From the NCBI GenBank assembly GCA_025355175.1, contig JANYAF010000175.1, positions 882 to 64,881 on the forward strand: DNA of 64,000 nt, given 5' to 3'. The translations under genes were made by a program, and so were the position numbers. The DNA is from Deltaproteobacteria bacterium (GTDB taxonomy: Bacteria > Desulfobacterota > Syntrophia > Syntrophales > Smithellaceae). Positions 20,560 to 29,122 of this stretch are shown here, one piece after another (positions within the stretch are counted from its first letter, which is position 1; each line of letters opens with the position of its first letter). The notes under the pieces are model-generated. The model saw nothing but the letters and a program-made list of their open reading frames with translations. It ran no database searches and was not told the DNA's origin.

Positions 20560-21918
20560 TCATCGATGGGTCATGCCCCGCAGATACAGTAGAATCCTCA
20601 TTTCATCTTCCGGTACCGAAAAGTTTTCGTCAGACAGCCCACCGGGACAGTCCCAATCCAACATCTCCAGAATTTTCTTCAATGCGGAAACCAGACTAAT
20701 GCGCGGATAAAGCGTTTTGGAGAGATCGTTGACCAGCTTTAACGTTTCAAAACCGTCAAACCAAACATGAAACTGTCTTACGTAGGTCTTCTGATCCTTT
20801 AGGTTACGGCGGATTTTCGGCCAGATCGCTAAAAAACCACGAGCGACTAAAAATGATGCTAACCCCGGATCGATATCCCGCGCTTTGGCGAGAATTTGAT
20901 GTTCGGAGCGGTTAAATGATTGTTTCATCAAGGCAATCCATGATTTCAAAATGATGAATATCCTGGGATCGTAGAGGCGTTGCTCTTGGCCCGCGCCGGA
21001 AACAATTTTTTCAACCGCGACCCCAGTGCCAAAGGGGACCCGAACAGAAATACGTGCAGAAGGATAGACCCGTGTTTCGCTGATTTGGCTGATGGGACCT
21101 GTTTTTGCTAGTTTATTCAGAAAATAGAAATCCTCTCCCGCCTCGCGGCGATTCATTCCCCGCACGGCCAGATAACTATCAGCTGTTGTAACAATTGTTG
21201 AACCAATCGAATGAAAAGCATAGGGCGATTGGGCGTATTGCAGACCTAACACCCAATAACGCAGAAAGATTTCATAGCAACAAATCGCAGCCCGCTCGAT
21301 TTTGTCCAAAGGCATTTGATGTTCGTAGGCAATGATGCCGGTTTGAGTTTTACCAGAGAGAAAAACGTTTCGGACGGCCGATAAATAGTCGGGTTGAACA
21401 AGCGTATCCGCATCCAGGCTCAGAATGAGACGCGGCTCATCGGAATTCTGTAAAAGGCGCAGGGCCATGTCCATACCGATTTTGCGGGCCATACCAACGC
21501 CGCCGACACGGGGAGGAATTTCGAAACCATGGGAAGAGGCATCCATGCAGCCCAGTTTTAACGGCCTGTCGGCTATTCTTTGCAATAAATCATGGAGATC
21601 ACCGGCAAGCGCCAATTTAATGAAGGACTGCTTACGGATCAAGGCGTTCAGCACTGCGAGAGTTTGTGTATTGTTTTCTTTATCGGCAACTGGTACGGCC
21701 GCCTTATTGTTGATCACGAAGAGAATCAGGGCTTTTTCCAAAAACGCGTCGCCGTTGGCGGCGATGGACGCCAATGTGGCAAAGAGCAGATCTTTTTCCG
21801 CATAAGCCGGAATAACGACAACCTGTTCAATGTTTTCAAGATTCCCGGCTTGTAGCTTCCAGTGAAGCCCCGCCGCGTATCTGTTCAGATAATCATTCAG
21901 TAGGGACGCTTTTTTCAT
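20560..21918 (-). CDS. GT-A fold (family 2-like) glycosyltransferase of unknown specificity
   Basis: VVVIPAYAEKD start of the GT-A fold, SLDADT (DxD) motif, and GEDFYFLNKL. I chose the ATG at 21918, which forms an ATGA overlap with the miaA stop. The track ORF extends to 22014. Confidence 0.7.
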   Translation of the reverse strand: MKKASLLNDYLNRYAAGLHWKLQAGNLENIEQVVVIPAYAEKDLLFATLASIAANGDAFLEKALILFVINNKAAVPVADKENNTQTLAVLNALIRKQSFIKLALAGDLHDLLQRIADRPLKLGCMDASSHGFEIPPRVGGVGMARKIGMDMALRLLQNSDEPRLILSLDADTLVQPDYLSAVRNVFLSGKTQTGIIAYEHQMPLDKIERAAICCYEIFLRYWVLGLQYAQSPYAFHSIGSTIVTTADSYLAVRGMNRREAGEDFYFLNKLAKTGPISQISETRVYPSARISVRVPFGTGVAVEKIVSGAGQEQRLYDPRIFIILKSWIALMKQSFNRSEHQILAKARDIDPGLASFLVARGFLAIWPKIRRNLKDQKTYVRQFHVWFDGFETLKLVNDLSKTLYPRISLVSALKKILEMLDWDCPGGLSDENFSVPEDEMRILLYLRGMTHR

Positions 21919-22826
21919 AACAATATTTCTAAAACCCGGCGATGCAGGGCGGCATAGTCCCCTCCGGGAACCCACTCTATCCGTACGCCTTTTTTTTCCA
22001 TACGCCGAAACCACGTCATCTGCCTTTTGGCAAATTGGCCGATTGCAATCTGAAGCTTCGAAGTCATCTCATCCTTCGTTATTGCGTTTTGCAGATACCT
22101 GGCGATATACCGATATTCCAAACCAAAGCTGTCTAATCGCTCCCAGGATAATCCCAGCGAGTGCAATCGGGACACCTCTTCAATCATTCCATCAGCCATT
22201 CTTTGCTTAAGCCGGTCCGCAATTCTTTGCCGCAGCATGGATCTTTCCCAATGGATGCCAAATATTCCGGCATGGATGTAAGGCCTTTGCTGTTGCTCGC
22301 CTGACGGATTTTGTCTGGCCTTTTCAATCTCAATTTTTCTAATAAGCCGATCCCTATCTTCAAGATCGGTTTTGTTATGCAAATGAGGAGTCATGGCCAG
22401 AAGAATGTCCTGAAGCTCGGCCTGCGATTTTCCAGCAAACTCTTCTCTCAAGCGCTCATCTTGCAAGGCCTGCGGCAAGGCATAACCGGTAAGCACGGAC
22501 TCCAAATAAAGACCGGTACCGCCGACAAGAACAGACAACACTTGTTTTTCTTTCAGTTTGTTAAATATCTCATAGAATCGCTTCTGGAATTCAAATAGAT
22601 TAAACTCCTGCTCAGGCTCAATGATGTCAATCAAATGATAGGGAACGATTCCATCTTCTATCCGAAACTCGGACAAATCTTTACCCGTGCCGATATCCAT
22701 TCCCCGATAAACCTGACGCGAATCCGCCGAGATAATTTCTCCTTGAAGATCAGCGGCCAGTCTGACTGCCAGCGTTGTTTTGCCGGAAGCGGTCGGCCCC
22801 AGTATGACGATAAGATTTTTTCTCAT
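21915..22826 (-). CDS. miaA: tRNA dimethylallyltransferase
   Basis: P-loop ILGPTASGKTTLA directly after the Met at 22826, then SADSRQVYRGMDIGT. The track ORF extends to 22940. Confidence 0.93.
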   Translation of the reverse strand: MRKNLIVILGPTASGKTTLAVRLAADLQGEIISADSRQVYRGMDIGTGKDLSEFRIEDGIVPYHLIDIIEPEQEFNLFEFQKRFYEIFNKLKEKQVLSVLVGGTGLYLESVLTGYALPQALQDERLREEFAGKSQAELQDILLAMTPHLHNKTDLEDRDRLIRKIEIEKARQNPSGEQQQRPYIHAGIFGIHWERSMLRQRIADRLKQRMADGMIEEVSRLHSLGLSWERLDSFGLEYRYIARYLQNAITKDEMTSKLQIAIGQFAKRQMTWFRRMEKKGVRIEWVPGGDYAALHRRVLEILL

Positions 22827-22873
22827 GACTATTGTCTTGAAATTCTCTTTCTTTGCGTGTAACCCTTTCCGGC

Positions 22874-24214
22874 ATGAACAAAAGACTCGATCTGGCCAAT
22901 GAAGCAATCTTCCCTCTGATTCTGAAAATGAGTTGGCCATCGATTATCGCCATGATCGCTATTTCAGTCTACAACATCATCGACACATTCTGGCTTGCGC
23001 AATTAAGCCATCAGGCGCTGGCCGCTCTAACGGTTTGCTTTCCTATTCAGATGATTTTCGCGGCCATCGGCGTCGGCACCGGTGTGGGCGCCGGTTCCTT
23101 TTCCGCCCGGATGTTTGGAGCCGGAAAACTTATACAGGCAAAACAGACAGCCGGCCAGATTTTTTTTCTATCTTTTTTCTTTGGTTTAGCGCTTATCCTG
23201 GCCGTTATTTTTTTCCGTGATCCGATTCTTATTTTTTTTGGAGCGTTTGATGAAATTATGCCGCTTTGCCGAGCTTATCTGGGCATTATTGTTTTCAGTG
23301 CGCCTTTTCTGTTCTTTTCCATGATGTCCAACAATTTACTGCGCGCCGAAGGCCGGCCTATTTTATCGATGGTCGTTGTTTTGATTTCCTCTGTTTGCAG
23401 CGCAATTCTGGACCCACTTTTGATTTTCGGCATCGGCCCATTTCCCCGCCTGGAAATACAGGGCGCGGCGCTGGCCGCCGTCATCGCGCAATTTTCCGCC
23501 AGCCTTTTTTCCATTTATTTTTTACAACTGAAATCTTCAAAATATGAATTAAAATGGAGATACCTGCTCCCGGATATTTCAATCATCAAGGCTATTTTCG
23601 CCACCGGATTACCGTCCGTCATTACCAATTTCATTATCACTCTGGTCCTAATTATTTACAACCATGTTCTGGCTCATTTCGGTTCACTGGCCATTGCCGC
23701 ACTGGGTATCTGTTTCCGCGTGAATGGTCTGATCACCATGGTTCTTTTCGGCATTGGCTTCGGCATCATGCCGGTTATCGGTTTCAGCCAGGGCGCCAAA
23801 CTCTACCAACGCCTGCGACAAACTGTCGCTGTTTCGGTAAAAGTCGCCACTTATTTTGCAGCGGTTTCTTCGATTCTCCTGGTGGTCTTTGCCCAACCCA
23901 TCGTTGGTGTTTTCTCAAAAGACCCCGCATTAATCGCCATGGCCACAAGGGCCTTGCGCATTTACGTTTCCGTGCTTGTTTTCGCCGCGCCCATTACGAT
24001 TTACATTAACCTGTTTATCGGTCTGGGCAAGGGAACTCTTGCTATGTACTTACTTTTCTTTCGTGACACGATATTGCTGATTCCTCTATTAATCATCTTA
24101 TCATCGTGGTTTGGGCTGACGGGCGCGTGGTTAGCGCTACCGATTTCCACCATCATCGCTTTCTTTGTTATCTATTTTTGCGCCCAAAAAGAGTTAAAAC
24201 GATTTGCCACATAA
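22874..24214 (+). CDS. MATE-family efflux transporter
   Basis: About 446 aa with 12 predicted TM segments. MATE-like N-terminus (ILKMSWPSIIAMIA.SVYNIIDTFWL). I preferred the first ATG over the TTG at 22853. Confidence 0.88.
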   Translation: MNKRLDLANEAIFPLILKMSWPSIIAMIAISVYNIIDTFWLAQLSHQALAALTVCFPIQMIFAAIGVGTGVGAGSFSARMFGAGKLIQAKQTAGQIFFLSFFFGLALILAVIFFRDPILIFFGAFDEIMPLCRAYLGIIVFSAPFLFFSMMSNNLLRAEGRPILSMVVVLISSVCSAILDPLLIFGIGPFPRLEIQGAALAAVIAQFSASLFSIYFLQLKSSKYELKWRYLLPDISIIKAIFATGLPSVITNFIITLVLIIYNHVLAHFGSLAIAALGICFRVNGLITMVLFGIGFGIMPVIGFSQGAKLYQRLRQTVAVSVKVATYFAAVSSILLVVFAQPIVGVFSKDPALIAMATRALRIYVSVLVFAAPITIYINLFIGLGKGTLAMYLLFFRDTILLIPLLIILSSWFGLTGAWLALPISTIIAFFVIYFCAQKELKRFAT

Positions 24215-24224
24215 CGACGATAAA

Positions 24225-24250
24225 AAAATGCCCCGTAAACGGGGCATTTT
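24225..24250. terminator. bidirectional terminator between the convergent MATE and csp genes
   Basis: AAAATGCCCCG-TAAA-CGGGGCATTTT: a perfect hairpin flanked by an A-run and a T-run. Confidence 0.8.
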
Positions 24251-24275
24251 GCTTGATGTTAATTACTTGGAATGA

Positions 24276-24476
24276 TTATAGTGGTTGAACGTTTGTTGCG
24301 CTGGGTCCCTTGTTACCCTGTTCAACATCGAAACGAATTCTCTGGCCCTCATAAAGAGTCTTAAATCCGGTCCCGGAAATGGCACTATAATGAACAAAAA
24401 CATCTCCGCCCTCATCGTTTTCAATAAAACCAAACCCCTTCTTCTCATTAAACCACTTTACTTTTCCTTCTGCCAA
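24276..24476 (-). CDS. cspA: cold-shock protein (CspA family)
   Basis: (M)[32 protein letters not shown], containing RNP1 and RNP2 motifs. I chose the TTG at 24476, which has GGGGGA 9 nt upstream. The track uses another TTG at 24497. Confidence 0.9.
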   Translation of the reverse strand: MAEGKVKWFNEKKGFGFIENDEGGDVFVHYSAISGTGFKTLYEGQRIRFDVEQGNKGPSATNVQPL

Positions 24477-24532
24477 AGCTAAAAGTCCCCCTTTCAAATA
24501 TTTGTTTCTTCCGGTTTAAGACCTCAGAAACT

Positions 24533-24579
24533 AAAAAAACCGCACAAATTCTTTTCTTGATTTAAGAATTCTCTGCGGT
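24533..24579 (-). terminator. terminator-like hairpin between the hydrolase gene and csp
   Basis: Minus strand: CCGCAGAGAATTCTT...AAGAATTTGTGCGG followed by TTTTTTT. Confidence 0.55.
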
Positions 24580-24705
24580 TAATTTTTCTTTTTGTAAAGC
24601 AATCTAAGCACTACCAATTTCCTAACAAAAAACCTATATATTGCTTCTATCGTGAGTCTTCATACGCTCACATTGGCTTCGAACATAACACCATTTTTAT
24701 TAAAA

Positions 24706-25326
24706 TCAAGCTTTTTTTTCATAAATAAATTGTTTTAAATATTCAGCTAAAAGTGGTTCTTGTCCGGCATAAAAATGATCCGTTGCCTGACATACCGTTA
24801 ATTCTGAATGAATATCTTCAGCGTTTTTCCTTAAATCATCCACGTCACAAAACAGATCATCATCTCCGCAGATCATCAATTCTATGGCATTCTTCAGCCC
24901 ATCCCAATCAAAATCAAAATATTTTTGAGGGGGAGAAATTAAAATTGTGGAAACAACCAGCGAAGGTTTATCCGCAAGCAGGCGGCAGCAAACCCAGGCC
25001 CCAAAAGAATAACCGGCCAGAGTGATTTTTTCGACGCCTTCACTTTTCATAAATTCACAAGCCGATACAATATCCTGTTTTTCTCCCCTGCCCTCATCAT
25101 AACGGCCGGTGCTCTTTCCGACACCGCGGAAATTAAATCGTAATGTGGAATAGCCGCAAGACGAAAAGACATCCCGGATTGTTTCCACAACATTGTTGTG
25201 CATGGACCCGCCCATCAGCGGGTGCGGATGGCAGATCACAACGCCTGCATCCCCGGCCGCCTTACGCAATAACCCTTCACCGGCAAGCATACCGTTTTTC
25301 CAGAATACTTTTTCTTCTTGAATCAT
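24706..25326 (-). CDS. alpha/beta-fold hydrolase
   Basis: Nucleophile elbow GYSFGA, CHPHPLMGGSM, and RFNFRGVGKS. I chose the Met at 25326. The track ORF extends into the upstream gene. Confidence 0.8.
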   Translation of the reverse strand: MIQEEKVFWKNGMLAGEGLLRKAAGDAGVVICHPHPLMGGSMHNNVVETIRDVFSSCGYSTLRFNFRGVGKSTGRYDEGRGEKQDIVSACEFMKSEGVEKITLAGYSFGAWVCCRLLADKPSLVVSTILISPPQKYFDFDWDGLKNAIELMICGDDDLFCDVDDLRKNAEDIHSELTVCQATDHFYAGQEPLLAEYLKQFIYEKKA

Positions 25327-25331
25327 AACAT

Positions 25332-26300
25332 TTAAATGTTGCCCGCACGATGACATGCGCACAATCCCCTTTCCGGGCATGGCTTAAGTTGGGGCTGTTT
25401 TTCGTCACAAATTGCTATTTTATAAACGCAACGATTTTTAAAATTACACCCCTGATCGCCCGCATCCCAAGCCTCTCCTCGAGTCTCGATTTCACGCTTT
25501 GGCTTATGCGGATCACAGGACGGCATGGCCGAAAGCAGCATTCGCGTATAGGGATGAAGCGGCGTCGAATACAGATCATTTTTATCCGCCAGTTCGACGA
25601 TGTGTCCCAGATACATCACGGCAATCCGGTCGGACACATGACGGATAACATTGAGGTCATGTGAGATAAACAAATAAGTCAAACCGAAGTCTTTTTTCAG
25701 ATCCTTGAGCAGATTCAGAATTTGCGCCTGAATCGAGGCATCGAGAGCGGAAACCGGTTCGTCGGCGATGACCAGTGCGGGCTGAAGCGCCAGCGCGCGC
25801 GCGATGCCGATGCGCTGCCTCTGTCCACCGCTGAACTCATGCGGATAACGTTTGGCCTGCTCCCGACTCAAGCCGACTTTCGTCATCAGTTGGGCCGCCC
25901 TTTCCCGGTTTTGCTCACGGCCGGCCATCCGATGTATGGTGAGCGGTTCCTGGATGATACTGATCGCGGATTTTCGAGGATTGAGAGAAGAATACGGATC
26001 TTGAAAAATCATCTGCACGCGGCGACGGTAGGTTTTTAAACCGTCGGATGACAGCGCAAAGATATTTTGATCTTTATAATAAGCGCTGCCCGCATCCGGC
26101 TCTTCCAGCCGCATCAGCAGCCGGGCCAGCGTTGATTTTCCGCAGCCTGATTCGCCGACCAGCCCCAGGGTTTCCCCCTCAAATATTTGCAGATCAACAC
26201 CATCCACAGCCCGGACAATCCTGGACCGGTTTTGCAGAAATCCGCCGCCGAGAGCATATTTTTTTTCAAGCTTTTGAATGTCGATCAAGGTGGATGACAT
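25332..26300 (-). CDS. peptide/nickel ABC transporter ATP-binding protein (OppF/DppF type)
   Basis: 322 aa. Walker [10 protein letters not shown], signature FSGGQRQR, and a C-terminal oligopeptide-type extension. Confidence 0.92.
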   Translation of the reverse strand: MSSTLIDIQKLEKKYALGGGFLQNRSRIVRAVDGVDLQIFEGETLGLVGESGCGKSTLARLLMRLEEPDAGSAYYKDQNIFALSSDGLKTYRRRVQMIFQDPYSSLNPRKSAISIIQEPLTIHRMAGREQNRERAAQLMTKVGLSREQAKRYPHEFSGGQRQRIGIARALALQPALVIADEPVSALDASIQAQILNLLKDLKKDFGLTYLFISHDLNVIRHVSDRIAVMYLGHIVELADKNDLYSTPLHPYTRMLLSAMPSCDPHKPKREIETRGEAWDAGDQGCNFKNRCVYKIAICDEKQPQLKPCPERGLCACHRAGNI

Positions 26301-26431
26301 AAACGCCTCTAATATTTTTAATGTCCTCCGCTACCCTAAAGGGCACGCGTGGCGGAGGTGTCACGCAGTGACGAAGGTGGAACAAAGCATATCAACATAC
26401 GACTGATAAATATTGCGACTGCATCAAAAAC

Positions 26432-26462
26432 ATCCACCCCCTGCCCCCGCCAGCGGGAGACA
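26432..26462. repeat. short GC-rich intergenic element, copy B
   Basis: ATCCACCCCCTGCCCCCGCCAGCGGGAGACA, matching copy A at 8543-8573. The same spacer also carries hairpins CCTCCGC...GCGGAGG (26325-26358) and GTCAC-GCA-GTGAC (26360-26372). Confidence 0.6.
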
Positions 26463-26479
26463 TTACGCATCACGTGCAA

Positions 26480-27475
26480 TCATTGTTTTTTTACGAGACC
26501 CTCAACAATAAAGCAGGAGACAAAATGACCGTCTTCAATTTCTATCAACTCCGGCTCGTGAACACGGCATTCATCCTCGGCCAGTTCACAGCGTTTGGAA
26601 AAACGGCAGCCGGACGGCAGATCATAGAGGCTGGGAACCGTTCCGGGAATGGTTTTTAAATAGGCTTCGCCGTCAACCGCGATATCGGCGCACCCGGAAG
26701 GGCGCGACGCCATCAGGCCGCGGGTATAGGGATGCAGCGGACGGGCAAATAATTTTTCCACATCCGATGTTTCCACAACCTTGCCCGCATACATCACCGC
26801 CACTTTTTGCGCCGCTTCGGCGACAATCCCCAGATCGTGCGTGATTAGAATGACCGCCATATTATTTTTTTCTTTCAGATCGGAAATTAAATTAAGAATC
26901 TGCGCTTGAATCGTCACATCCAGCGCCGTGGTCGGTTCATCCGCAAGCAGCAACTGAGGGCGACAGGACATGGCCATCGCAATCATGACGCGTTGACGCA
27001 TACCGCCGCTGAGTTGATGGGGATAATCCTTCACCCTTCTTTCGGGCTCGGGAATACCGACTTCATCCAAAAGTTTCACGCTCAGGGCAAGCGCCTCTTT
27101 GGCCGGAACATGCTGGTGCAGGCGGATCGCCTCCGCAATCTGATCGCCGATACGCAAGACGGGATTGAGCGACGTCATCGGCTCCTGAAAGATCATGGCG
27201 ATATCATGGCCTCGTTTTTCCCGCATGTCGTCTTCGGATAATGACAACAAATCCCTGCCATTGAACAACACTTGGCCTTCGGCAATCTGACCGTTTGCCG
27301 GAATCAGTCTCATCACGGAAAGCGCCAGCATTGTTTTACCACAACCGGATTCTCCCACAATGCCCAGCGTTTCACCGGCGTTCAACATCAGAGAAACGCC
27401 GTCAACCGCCTTGATCACGCCCCTGGCCGTTGAAAAGACCGTCTTTAAGTTCTTGATTTCTAAAAGGGGTTGCAT
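26480..27475 (-). CDS. peptide/nickel ABC transporter ATP-binding protein (OppD/DppD type)
   Basis: 331 aa. Walker A GESGCGKT and signature LSGGMRQR. Confidence 0.92.
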   Translation of the reverse strand: MQPLLEIKNLKTVFSTARGVIKAVDGVSLMLNAGETLGIVGESGCGKTMLALSVMRLIPANGQIAEGQVLFNGRDLLSLSEDDMREKRGHDIAMIFQEPMTSLNPVLRIGDQIAEAIRLHQHVPAKEALALSVKLLDEVGIPEPERRVKDYPHQLSGGMRQRVMIAMAMSCRPQLLLADEPTTALDVTIQAQILNLISDLKEKNNMAVILITHDLGIVAEAAQKVAVMYAGKVVETSDVEKLFARPLHPYTRGLMASRPSGCADIAVDGEAYLKTIPGTVPSLYDLPSGCRFSKRCELAEDECRVHEPELIEIEDGHFVSCFIVEGLVKKQ

Positions 27476-27477
27476 AT

Positions 27478-28974
27478 TTATTTATTTAATCGGTTTTGTA
27501 AATATTCAACAAGCAAACGCACCGTCACGCCTGACGCACCCTTAGGAATATAGGCTTTGTCCCTGGTTGTCCAGGCGGGACCCGCGATATCCAGATGCAC
27601 CCAGGGGGTGTCGCCAACAAACTTGCCGAGGAATGCCGCAGCCGTGATGGTGCTCGCCATGCGCCCGCCGGTGTTTTTAAAATCGGCAATGTCGCTTTTG
27701 ATCATCTCGGAATAATGCTCCCATAACGGCAGCTCCCAGACCAGTTCGCCGGTGATTTGTGCCGCTTGATTAATCTCCTTTTTCATTTGATCATCCGTTC
27801 CCAGCATGCCTATGACATCTTCGCCCAACGCCACGACGCAAGCGCCGGTCAGGGTGGCGATATCAATAATGGCGACCGGTTTATATTTCAACGCGTACGT
27901 GAGGGCGTCGGCCAGAATGAGGCGGCCTTCGGCATCCGTGTTCAATATTTCGATGGTTTTTCCGGAATAGGATTTCAGAACATCACCCGGTTTCAAGGCG
28001 CTGCCGCCAGGCATGTTTTCCGTGGCGGGAATCAGACCGACGATATTGACCGGCAGCTTCAGATCCGCCGCAGCCATGATGATGGCCATCACCGCTGCTC
28101 CGCCGGACATGTCCGTTTTCATCTCGTCCATTTTTTCCGCGGGTTTGATGGAAATTCCGCCACTGTCGAAGGTCAGGCCTTTACCGACCATAGCAATTGG
28201 CGGAGTGCCTTTTTTTCCGCCTTCGTATTCCAGAATTATGAGTTTCGGCGGCTGATGGCTGCCTGCTGCTACGCCCAGAAGCGCATTCATGCCCAGCGCT
28301 TTCATCTTCCCCTTATCCAACACGCGGCAGAAGACATTTTTTCTTTTCGAAATTATTTCGGCATGGGCGGCCATGATCGTCGGCGTCATTTCATTGGCCG
28401 GGGCCGTAATGAGATTGCGGGCAAAATAAACCGCATCCGTGATGATGTTTGTCTTTTCTATTTCATCCAGTACCACGGCATAATCGCCTGGCTCGACAAC
28501 AATTTCCAGTTGCCGCATTTCCTTGAGCTCTTTGCGGTCAATGGTTTTATAAGGCGTATACTGATACAAGCCCAGACCCGCTCCTTCCGCTACCGCTGCA
28601 ATAATTTTTTCTTTTTGATCCGGCAAAAGATTCCAATCAATGGTTGTTGCCGCGTCTATAATATTCAATCCGCGCAGATGCTGCATGACTTTAGCAAAAG
28701 CGTTGCGGATTTTTTCCAGATTCAGTTCACTTTTCTTGCCCAGACCCACCAGGGCAATTCTCTTTGCCGGAAGTGACTGGGTATAAATCACGGATATTTG
28801 CGACGGCCTGGCCTCAAAATCACCGCTTTTCAGAAGATCGCTAAGCAGTCCTCCGGTTTTTTGATCGATTTTTGAAACCAATTCGGAAAATGTTTTTTCA
28901 CCTTCACAAAGGGCCAATATGACAGCCTGAGTTTTCGTATCGGCAAGATTTCCTTTTTTAACCGTAATATTCAC
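27478..28974 (-). CDS. pepA: leucyl aminopeptidase (M17)
   Basis: 498 aa. VGKGLTFDSGG and NTDAEGRL motifs. AAGGAGG RBS upstream. Confidence 0.95.
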   Translation of the reverse strand: MNITVKKGNLADTKTQAVILALCEGEKTFSELVSKIDQKTGGLLSDLLKSGDFEARPSQISVIYTQSLPAKRIALVGLGKKSELNLEKIRNAFAKVMQHLRGLNIIDAATTIDWNLLPDQKEKIIAAVAEGAGLGLYQYTPYKTIDRKELKEMRQLEIVVEPGDYAVVLDEIEKTNIITDAVYFARNLITAPANEMTPTIMAAHAEIISKRKNVFCRVLDKGKMKALGMNALLGVAAGSHQPPKLIILEYEGGKKGTPPIAMVGKGLTFDSGGISIKPAEKMDEMKTDMSGGAAVMAIIMAAADLKLPVNIVGLIPATENMPGGSALKPGDVLKSYSGKTIEILNTDAEGRLILADALTYALKYKPVAIIDIATLTGACVVALGEDVIGMLGTDDQMKKEINQAAQITGELVWELPLWEHYSEMIKSDIADFKNTGGRMASTITAAAFLGKFVGDTPWVHLDIAGPAWTTRDKAYIPKGASGVTVRLLVEYLQNRLNK

Positions 28975-29082
28975 ATGAACCTCCTTAAGCGATAAACCTT
29001 TAACCCTTCCGGGGATTTCACTAATAACATATCAATAAAAAAGTCAATTAGTACATAGGCGGCGGACATTCCGATAATTCAA

Positions 29083-29111
29083 TTGACAAAATCCGTCAAT
29101 CCTTTTAAAAA
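29083..29111 (+). promoter_or_regulatory. candidate sigma70 promoter for the methyltransferase-GT2 gene, embedded in an ATTGAC-N7-GTCAAT inverted repeat
   Basis: Perfect TTGACA, 17-nt spacer, TAAAAA. The inverted-repeat arms lie at 29082-29087 and 29095-29100. Confidence 0.35.
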
Positions 29112-29122
29112 TAAGTACATTT

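Noticed and set aside
21919-22014. N-terminal extensions of track ORFs: 20560-22014, 21915-22940, 33672-34094, 15893-16627, 24706-25380 and 55223-56674
   Set aside because: In each case an internal Met with a better RBS, or a typical family N-terminus (P-loop, prepilin leader, HAD motif I), gives a start that avoids a long overlap with the upstream gene. The extensions are just open frame upstream of the real start.
27757-28776. 339-aa plus-strand ORF, one of the longest unexplained ORFs in the track
   Set aside because: It lies entirely antisense to pepA, which has clear M17 motifs. Its translation is the Arg/His/Phe/Gly-rich low-complexity pattern typical of shadow ORFs, with no RBS and no recognisable motif.
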